Source: an uncultured Verrucomicrobiae bacterium (GTDB taxonomy: Bacteria; Verrucomicrobiota; Verrucomicrobiia; Limisphaerales; UBA1096). From it: DNA of 64,000 nucleotides. Positions 57,235-64,000 of this stretch are shown piece by piece. The DNA lies in contig CALJHX010000023.1 of NCBI GenBank assembly GCA_937770485.1, positions 25,772 through 89,771 on the forward strand, in the 5' to 3' direction. The position numbers were made by a program, and so were the translations under genes. Each line of letters opens with the position of its first letter. The stretch's first letter is position 1. Below the pieces are notes generated by a model. The model was not told the origin of the DNA and did no database searches. It saw only the letters and a list, made by a program, of their open reading frames with translations.

Positions 57235-57873
57235 GTGTTAAATTACTTTTCTTTAATTGTTGCAGCTCTCTGTTATCTCGTCTTGTCGCCAGCCACGGGG
57301 CAGGGCGCTGATACGGAGTTCAAGTCGCTATTGGCTGACGACACACTCGACGGCTGGGAGACGATTGGCCCGGCAAAGTGGAGGGTGGCCAAGGGGGAGC
57401 TTGTTACCGGACAGGACGGCGATCCTAAGCGCTGGGGTATGCTGCAAACCAAGTCGGAATACCGTGACTTTGAGCTGAAGCTGGATTTCAAGATTGACGA
57501 GTATGGCAAGTATAACAGCGGCGTGTATCTGCGGCAGCCAACCGAGCGTGGAGTGGGACGGCCGTATCAGGTGAATATCGGGCGGGGTGTCGCCGGTGAG
57601 CCGGTTGGCCTGTATCTCGACGACTGGCTTGCCAAGGGAGACGAACACGACAAAATTCGCAGAGCGCTGAAGTGGAACTCGCTGCGTATCCGAATCGTCG
57701 AATCACACATCGAGGTTTGGTTGAACGGCAAACAGATCGTTGATTTTACGCACGAAAACCCCAAGCCGTACCTACTAAAAGCTGGGCCGATCGCATTGCA
57801 AACCTACGGCGCGGAGGGCCACTCCGGTTGGGTAAATTTTCGCAACTTGCAGCTAAAGGATTTGTCGAAATGA
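57235..57873 (+). CDS. DUF1080 (3-keto-disaccharide hydrolase-like) domain protein
   Basis: A GTG at 57235 gives a signal peptide (VLNYFSLIVAALCYLVLSPATG). The DUF1080 pattern is present (LDGWETIGPAKWRVAKGELV ... NSGVYLR ... ALQTYGAEGHSGWVNFRNLQLKDL). Confidence 0.7.
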   Translation: MLNYFSLIVAALCYLVLSPATGQGADTEFKSLLADDTLDGWETIGPAKWRVAKGELVTGQDGDPKRWGMLQTKSEYRDFELKLDFKIDEYGKYNSGVYLRQPTERGVGRPYQVNIGRGVAGEPVGLYLDDWLAKGDEHDKIRRALKWNSLRIRIVESHIEVWLNGKQIVDFTHENPKPYLLKAGPIALQTYGAEGHSGWVNFRNLQLKDLSK

Positions 57874-59777
57874 AGCGGTTTCTGTTTTCGTTATTGTTCT
57901 CGATTGGGGGGACGGTTTCCGCTGCGGAGCAACCTAATATCCTCTGGATCACGGCGGAGGATATGAGCGCTACGCTAGGTTGTTATGGCGATAAGTTCGC
58001 CTTTACTTTAAATATAGACCGCTTGGCCAAGGAGAGTGTGAGATACACGCGGGCGTTTGCGAGTGCGCCGGTTTGTTCACCCTCGCGGTCGTGCCTCATT
58101 ACGGGCTGTTACCCGACTTCGCTTTCCACGCAGCAAATGCGTTCGGGCTTTGCGATTCCCAAGGGCATGCGCGGGTTTCCGGCGCGGTTGCGGTCGTGCG
58201 GGTATTACACGAGCAACAACGTTAAGACAGATTACAATACAGCCAACTACGCGGATATTATCAAGGATTCGTGGGCTGAAAGCAGCGCGACCGCGCACTG
58301 GCGCAAGCGGCCTGACAAGGCGCAGCCGTTTTTCAGTATATTTAACCTAATGACTTCGCACCAAAGCCGCACGATGGTGTGGCCTTACGAGCGATTTCAA
58401 ACCGAGGTACAGAGCAAGCTGTCGCCCAGTGAAATCCATGACCCGGCCAAGGTGTCGTTGCCGGCGTATTATCCAGACACGCCGCTCATCCGGCGAGAGG
58501 TCGCGCGCTTTTACGATTGCGTTACCGCGATGGACAAGGAGGTTGGCGCCATTCTGCAACAGCTTGAGGACGACGGCCTCGCCGGGAATACAATCGTCTT
58601 TTTTTACAGCGACCACGGCAGCGGCATGCCCCGTCACAAACGTGCCCTGCTTGACAGCGGCATGCATGTGCCGCTGATGATTCGATTCCCCAAAAAGTGG
58701 CAGCACCTGGCTCCCGGCGAGCCCGGCACCACCACCGCCCGTCTCGTAAGCTTTGTTGATTATGCCCCAACCATCTTCAGCCTCACTGACACGCCTATCC
58801 CCGCACACATGCAGGGCAAACCATTCCTCGGCGACAAAGCCGCGGAAGCTCGACGTTATGTTTATGGGCATCGTGATCGCGTCGATGAAGTACGCGATCT
58901 CGCACGTTCCGTGCGAGATCGCCGTTATCTGTACATCCGCAACTACATGCCGCACCTCGGCTATAACCAGCCCACCGCCTGGCCCGATAATGGCGAAATT
59001 CGCCATGACTTTTATCGCTTGGCCAAGCCCGAAACGATGAGCGCTCCTCAATGGCACTTCGCCAGTCCCACTCGAGCAGTCGAGGAACTCTATGACTGCC
59101 AAGTCGACCCGCAGAACCTGAATAACTTAACCAAGTCGGGGAAACACCAGGAGATTTTGAGCCGGCTGCGTGCCGAGCATGTACGCCACATCACGGTAAC
59201 GGCCGACCTTGGCTTTTTGCCAGAGAGCGAAGCGTGGGAACTGTTCTCCAAGCAAACCGGCTGGGAACTTGGCCAAGCGGGCAGGGTGCCGTTGGCCGAC
59301 ATTCACCAAGCCGCTGCCCAAGTTGGTATCGCCAGCGAGAGGGTGTTTTTGAAAAACCTGGATTCGGATAATCCGACCATTCGTTACTGGGGCGCGATCG
59401 GGTTGGCTGTGAGGCCGGTAATCTCCGGTTTGGCCAAGCGCAAATTACGACGAAAGATCACTGATCCATCACTAGCCGCGCGGATTGAGATCGCCAACGC
59501 CCTAGCGACTCACGGCGACATTCCGAACGCACTGCCGGCATTGATTGACTCAATGCAACACGAAAATCTCATCGTTGTGACCCACGCCGCCCGGATCATC
59601 GAGTTGCTCGGGAAAAAGGCGAACAGTGCTAGGTATGCAATTGAAGAAGCCCTCAAACGCGCAGACAGAATCCGCCCGCCTGACACACCGGCGACTATCG
59701 TCCTGCCCGGCGACAAGGATTTAGCCATGTTTGTTTCCTTTTCCTGTCGTGCTTTTTTGAACAAACTAGACGAGTAA
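57870..59777 (+). CDS. Sulfatase (S1 family) with a C-terminal helical-repeat extension
   Basis: The ATG at 57870 overlaps the upstream stop (ATGA). It has a signal peptide and the signature APVCSPSRSCLITGCYP, over 636 aa. Confidence 0.88.
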   Translation: MKRFLFSLLFSIGGTVSAAEQPNILWITAEDMSATLGCYGDKFAFTLNIDRLAKESVRYTRAFASAPVCSPSRSCLITGCYPTSLSTQQMRSGFAIPKGMRGFPARLRSCGYYTSNNVKTDYNTANYADIIKDSWAESSATAHWRKRPDKAQPFFSIFNLMTSHQSRTMVWPYERFQTEVQSKLSPSEIHDPAKVSLPAYYPDTPLIRREVARFYDCVTAMDKEVGAILQQLEDDGLAGNTIVFFYSDHGSGMPRHKRALLDSGMHVPLMIRFPKKWQHLAPGEPGTTTARLVSFVDYAPTIFSLTDTPIPAHMQGKPFLGDKAAEARRYVYGHRDRVDEVRDLARSVRDRRYLYIRNYMPHLGYNQPTAWPDNGEIRHDFYRLAKPETMSAPQWHFASPTRAVEELYDCQVDPQNLNNLTKSGKHQEILSRLRAEHVRHITVTADLGFLPESEAWELFSKQTGWELGQAGRVPLADIHQAAAQVGIASERVFLKNLDSDNPTIRYWGAIGLAVRPVISGLAKRKLRRKITDPSLAARIEIANALATHGDIPNALPALIDSMQHENLIVVTHAARIIELLGKKANSARYAIEEALKRADRIRPPDTPATIVLPGDKDLAMFVSFSCRAFLNKLDE

Positions 59778-59781
59778 TTCA

Positions 59782-61308
59782 ATGCTCCACTTATTGAAAA
59801 CCATCTCCGCAGTAATTGCTTTTTTATTCGCAGGAAATCTCTTCGCAGCACTTCAGCCCGCTAAGGTTTTCTCCGACAACATGGTGTTACAGCAGAGGAT
59901 GTCTGTACCGGTTTGGGGAAGTGCTGATATCGGAGCCAATATTGTCGTTGAGTTTGCGGGGCAACGCGCTGAGACAAGGGCGGACAATGCCGGCCGGTGG
60001 AAGTTGGAGTTTAAGCCATTAAGCGTGAGCACAGAAGGACGCCCGCTCTCAATTCGGAGCGGCAATGAACGTCTGCTTTTTAAAAATGTCCTGGTCGGGG
60101 ATGTGTGGTTTTCCGGTGGGCAATCGAATATGGGGTATAGTGCGGGCAGCATGGCCAAGCGATTGACCAAGGGGAAGGCGCTGGTCGACGCAGCAGATTA
60201 TCCGGGCATCCGGTTTCGGAAAGTGAATGAGAAAAACATGCCAATGCCGCAGGAGGATTTGAAAGGGGGGAGTTGGTTCGTTTGCACGCCGAATTCGGTG
60301 AAGGGTTTCTCAGCGGTTGGATTCATCTTCGCCCGAAAATTACACGAGAAACTCAAAGTGCCGATTGGCATCATTGATTGCTCCTGGGGCGGCACGCCGA
60401 TTGAGCCTTACATTCCTGCTGAGGCATTTACCGGGCATCCTACATTGGAGCGCCTAGCCAAGTTGTCGGAGACGAGGGACTATGAGGCTATCAAGGTCAT
60501 GCGGGGCGGGACGTTTGTTCGCAGTGACGCTTGGCTCGCCGGGGCAATTTACAACGCTCGAATCGCTCCCGTTGTTCCGTATGCGATTCGCGGTGCCATT
60601 TGGTATCAAGCGGAGTCCAACTGCGGTACTGGTGAAGACCCGCGCGATTATGCCCATAAAATGCGGGCGCTCATTCATGGCTGGCGAGGTGCTTGGGATC
60701 GTCCGGATTTACCCTTTTATTATGTGCAGCTTCCTCAGTGGCGTAGCTACGCATGGACGTATGCCCGTGAAGAACAACGGCGTGCGATGGATGTGCCGAA
60801 CACAGGCATGGTGGTAACAATCGATTTGGATTTTAACAACGATATTCATCCGCCTAACAAAATCGATGTGGGGGAGCGCCTGGCCCGATGGCCTCTGGCC
60901 AAGGTTTACAGATATTCCACGCCTTATAGTGGACCGACATTTCGATCTGTGAAGCGTAGTGGGAATGTTATGTCAGTGATGTTCAATAATGTGGATGGAG
61001 GATTGATTGTAGGCAAAGCGGGTGTAGGTCAGGTGATAGAGATCAAAGGAGGTAAATTATTTGGATTTGAATTGGCCGATGAAGAGGGGGGGTGGCATGC
61101 AGCAAATGCGCTGATTCGTGGTAGCACGGTTACTGTCAGTAGCGTTGAAGTGAGCGAACCAAGGGCGGTTCGGTACGCTTGCCATCCACAAGCACCGGAA
61201 GGTAAGCAGTGGAATCTTTACAGCGGAGGCAAACTTCCGGCCTCCCCTTTCTGCTCCGATTGGAGCCTTATGCCATACGACCCTAAACAAAACCCAATGC
61301 CGAAATGA
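59782..61308 (+). CDS. Sialate O-acetylesterase-family (SGNH/DUF303) carbohydrate esterase
   Basis: A signal peptide and the catalytic block GDVWFSGGQSNMGY. A 508-aa length is typical of the family. Confidence 0.8.
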   Translation: MLHLLKTISAVIAFLFAGNLFAALQPAKVFSDNMVLQQRMSVPVWGSADIGANIVVEFAGQRAETRADNAGRWKLEFKPLSVSTEGRPLSIRSGNERLLFKNVLVGDVWFSGGQSNMGYSAGSMAKRLTKGKALVDAADYPGIRFRKVNEKNMPMPQEDLKGGSWFVCTPNSVKGFSAVGFIFARKLHEKLKVPIGIIDCSWGGTPIEPYIPAEAFTGHPTLERLAKLSETRDYEAIKVMRGGTFVRSDAWLAGAIYNARIAPVVPYAIRGAIWYQAESNCGTGEDPRDYAHKMRALIHGWRGAWDRPDLPFYYVQLPQWRSYAWTYAREEQRRAMDVPNTGMVVTIDLDFNNDIHPPNKIDVGERLARWPLAKVYRYSTPYSGPTFRSVKRSGNVMSVMFNNVDGGLIVGKAGVGQVIEIKGGKLFGFELADEEGGWHAANALIRGSTVTVSSVEVSEPRAVRYACHPQAPEGKQWNLYSGGKLPASPFCSDWSLMPYDPKQNPMPK

Positions 61309-61309
61309 A

Positions 61310-61328
61310 AAACGAGGAATGCTCGTTT
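61310..61328. terminator. Hairpin between convergent genes (possible bidirectional terminator)
   Basis: AAACGAG (61310-61316), a 5-nt loop, then CTCGTTT (61322-61328). It is flanked by an A-run on one side and a T-rich stretch on the other. Confidence 0.5.
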
Positions 61329-61353
61329 CATAAAGATTGTTCAGGCGCTTGGC

Positions 61354-62490
61354 TCAGCGTTCACTGATTGGCTGGAACTTGAGATTGTCCGGGCCGTCAT
61401 AAACGCCGCTTGGGCGGATAAGGCGGTTGTCGGCCAGTTGCTCGAGCACGTGTGCAGTCCAACCGGAAGTGCGCGCGATCGCAAAGATCGGTGTGAACAG
61501 GTCGGTCGGAATGCCGAGCGAGTAGTATACCGTGGCGGAGTAGAAATCGACGTTCGGGTATAGGTTCTTTTCGCGCAGCATGATCTCGGCGATGCGCTCG
61601 CTCATGTCGAGCCACTTGGTTTCGCCGAGCTTGCCGCCGAGTTTCTGGGCCATGCTCTGCAGGTGCGGCGCGCGGGGGTCGAGTACCTTGTAAACGCGGT
61701 GGCCGATGCCCATGATTTTCTTTTTGTTCTTCAGGGAGTCGGCGACGAAGTCGTCCACTTTGTCGAGGTCGCCGATCTCCAGGAGCATCTTGATGACGCC
61801 TTCGTTGGCTCCGCCGTGCAACGGACCCTTGAGCGTGCCGATGGCGGAGGTGATGGCCGAGTACATGCCGCTGAGCGTGGCGATGGTGACGCGCGCCGAG
61901 AAGGTCGAGGCGTTCATGCCGTGGTCAGCGTGCAGGATGTAGCACATGTCGATGGTCTTTTCCTTTTCCTCAATCGGTTTTTCGCCGTCTATGAGGTTGA
62001 GGAAGTTCGCCGCCTCACCGAGGGACGGGTCGGAATCGGGCAACGGTTTGCCCTGCCGGGCCAAGTGGAAATAGGCGGTGATTACCGGCACCTGCGCGAT
62101 GAGTTTTATGGCGCGCATTGTCTGATCCTCCAGTGAATCCTGCGCCTCAGGTGGCTCGTAGCAGGCGAGGGCGGAAACTGCGGTGCGGATGGCGCGCATC
62201 GGCGAAGTTTTCTTCGGAAGCATCTTGATCAGATCCACCACTCCGCCGGGCAACTCGCGGGCAGCGGCCAGTTCAGCCTTCAACGAGGCCAGTTCCTCTG
62301 CGTTTGGCAGCTTGCCACGATGCAGCAGATGCACGACCTCCTCGTAGGTCGCTTTGCCGGCCAACTCGTTGATGTTGTAGCCCCGGTAAATCAATTCCCC
62401 GTCGAGTCCGCGCACGCTGCTGAGTTTCGTGGTTGCGGCGACGACGCCCTCCAAGCCCTTTGGTGGCGCTGGTTTTTCTGTATCGCTCAT
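61354..62490 (-). CDS. gltA: Citrate synthase
   Basis: A 378-aa protein with MGIGHRVYKVLDPRA and the active-site His/Asp context. Confidence 0.92.
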   Translation of the reverse strand: MSDTEKPAPPKGLEGVVAATTKLSSVRGLDGELIYRGYNINELAGKATYEEVVHLLHRGKLPNAEELASLKAELAAARELPGGVVDLIKMLPKKTSPMRAIRTAVSALACYEPPEAQDSLEDQTMRAIKLIAQVPVITAYFHLARQGKPLPDSDPSLGEAANFLNLIDGEKPIEEKEKTIDMCYILHADHGMNASTFSARVTIATLSGMYSAITSAIGTLKGPLHGGANEGVIKMLLEIGDLDKVDDFVADSLKNKKKIMGIGHRVYKVLDPRAPHLQSMAQKLGGKLGETKWLDMSERIAEIMLREKNLYPNVDFYSATVYYSLGIPTDLFTPIFAIARTSGWTAHVLEQLADNRLIRPSGVYDGPDNLKFQPISER

Positions 62491-62595
62491 GTTTGTAAAA
62501 TTCTGTGGAGAAACCCCTTTGAACGGGTCAGAGACCTTAATAAAAAACGGTTTTCAGGGCAACGGTTTTCGGAACTCCTCCGCTTGGCCAGGTGC

Positions 62596-62952
62596 TCATT
62601 CGCCCCTGTAAATACAACGGGCGGTGCAGGTTTCGGCCACTTCCACAGCGGTTAACAGCGGCAAGCTTGGCTTCAATTGCTCCCAAATCCACACGGCGAT
62701 ATTTTCACTCGTCGGGTTTTCGAGGCCATCAACGTCGTTGAGATAACGGTGATCGAGTTGCTCCCAGATTGGTTTGAACGCCGCCGTGATGTCGGCGTAA
62801 TCGAGCACCCAACCCAGTTTTGAGTCGCAATCGCCCTCGACGACGATCTCCGCCGTAAAGCTGTGCCCGTGCAGTCGCCGGCATTTGTGAGCCTCCGGCA
62901 GATGCGGGAGCAGGTGGGCGGCTTCAAACTGAAATGTTTTTCTGAGTTCCAT
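62596..62952 (-). CDS. queD: 6-carboxy-5,6,7,8-tetrahydropterin synthase
   Basis: The start is the ATG at 62952 ([16 protein letters not shown]...CRRLHGHSF), the PTPS/QueD signature. It is 118 aa. Confidence 0.88.
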   Translation of the reverse strand: MELRKTFQFEAAHLLPHLPEAHKCRRLHGHSFTAEIVVEGDCDSKLGWVLDYADITAAFKPIWEQLDHRYLNDVDGLENPTSENIAVWIWEQLKPSLPLLTAVEVAETCTARCIYRGE

Positions 62953-62959
62953 GATTCGG

Positions 62960-64000
62960 TTATGCGGTTTCGAGATTTGCCCAGCGGATGAGCTCGCCCA
63001 GTGGCGGTCGTCCGTCGTGCCGCCAGGCCAGCGGCGGTCGCTGCATCTGGCCAAGCGGACAAATCCTCGGCACACCCCACCGGGCCAACGGCAGTGCCAA
63101 ATCCCGCATCCGCGCCTCGCTCGCGGCCAAGCCGACGGTGGATACCGACTCGCGAATCGGCTCCAGAACGTGCAGCGCCTCGTCGATGTGCTCAATCGGC
63201 TTGACGAAAATAAAACGGTTCAGTGGCGAGCTCTGGAATTGCCTTTCATCCTCGTGCACCACCGTCCAGTCGGTCGAGTCCTCGCTCTCCCACAGCATCG
63301 CACCGGCGTTGTTGGCCGCGCGGATCTTGTAAAAGCGACGGGCCGTCGAAATCGCCGCCGCCTCTCTCGTCGAGACCGGCCCGCGCGGCATGGTCTCGTT
63401 TCGCGCCTCGAGTTCTACGGCGAGCATTTCGGCGAAGCGCGCGGGGTTGAGGCTGCCGTTTTCCTCCACGTAAATCACGTGCGGCGATAGGCAGCCGTGC
63501 TGGTTCCACGCGACGATATCGTCGGCGGCATGCGATATGACCGTCTGCGTACCCATCACCTCGTTGGCCTGTTTTTCCACGTAGCCAAAACTGACTCGGT
63601 GACCGTAGCCGACCAAGGTCTTGGCCAAGGGCAGTCGCTGACGGATCGACTCCACCGTTTTGTCGCCGCCATTCACCGTTACGCAATAGGCCTCGGCGAA
63701 CAATGCCGATTCGAGCGACTCGTTGCCGCCATCCCACTCCGCGATCTCAAGGGTCGCCGCCATGCCCGGTTCGACGAAGTGCAGCGAGTGGCCAAACAGC
63801 CGCGTCAACAGTGACTTGCCGGAAGCGCACTTGACGAATTGCGCCGATCGCAGCAGCAACCCAAACGCGATCGACTGAAACACCGGCACTGGCAAATTAC
63901 CCGGCGCGATGTGCGCGATCAGTGGCGGGCTGTTCACCATCGAGTACGTTCGGTTCGGCTGGCTGGCGAACGACTGCAGTCGCGTCGGGTCGCCGAACTC
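62960..64000 (-). CDS. LuxC-like acyl-CoA reductase family protein, 5' end outside the window
   Basis: The frame stays open upstream of the ATG at 63940 to the window edge. [34 protein letters not shown] resembles the LuxC family NAD(P)-binding/selector region. Confidence 0.6.
   Translation of the reverse strand, partial: EFGDPTRLQSFASQPNRTYSMVNSPPLIAHIAPGNLPVPVFQSIAFGLLLRSAQFVKCASGKSLLTRLFGHSLHFVEPGMAATLEIAEWDGGNESLESALFAEAYCVTVNGGDKTVESIRQRLPLAKTLVGYGHRVSFGYVEKQANEVMGTQTVISHAADDIVAWNQHGCLSPHVIYVEENGSLNPARFAEMLAVELEARNETMPRGPVSTREAAAISTARRFYKIRAANNAGAMLWESEDSTDWTVVHEDERQFQSSPLNRFIFVKPIEHIDEALHVLEPIRESVSTVGLAASEARMRDLALPLARWGVPRICPLGQMQRPPLAWRHDGRPPLGELIRWANLETA

Noticed and set aside
1-64000. 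A search by eye for rRNA, tRNA, tmRNA, integrase/transposase genes and CRISPR arrays
   Set aside because: I recognised none. The only mobile-element signature is the terminase fragment. A covariance-model scan would be needed to exclude small RNAs.

Overview
This is a GC-rich chromosomal segment (about 60% GC by eye). Its gene content points to the PVC superphylum (Verrucomicrobiota/Planctomycetota-like): PSCyt/DUF1549/DUF1553 plus DUF1501 gene pairs, many sulfatases and DUF1080 proteins. The left two thirds is housekeeping. It holds the distal half of a complex I operon (nuoG' to nuoN), dprA, a pgk-tpiA-secG block, carA, a prs-ctc-pth-rpsF-ssb-rplI block, rpmI-rplT-pheS, rsmB, a long PVC-type GreA homologue and scpA. 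The right third (about 40.9-61.3 kb) is a glycan/sulfatase-rich accessory region. Three observations stand out. (1) A palindrome, core TTGGCCAA and usually CTTGGCCAAG, extends up to the perfect 16-mer GCGCTTGGCCAAGCGC. I count about 42 copies by eye where roughly one is expected. They lie in coding DNA in all three codon phases and in spacers, which resembles a highly iterated palindrome. (2) The longest motif-free stretch (about 46.2-56.7 kb) coincides with a composite inserted island. The island is bracketed by imperfect 17-bp direct repeats that mimic the 3' end of a PSD1-type gene. It appears to have split a PSCyt-DUF1549-DUF1553/DUF1501 operon and carries a phage terminase remnant. (3) At least a dozen frame disruptions are confined to accessory loci: a higBA pair, a sulfatase, an LRR gene, a lipoprotein gene and a DUF1549/DUF1553 gene. 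Housekeeping genes with comparable homopolymers are intact. I saw no rRNA, tRNA or CRISPR array.
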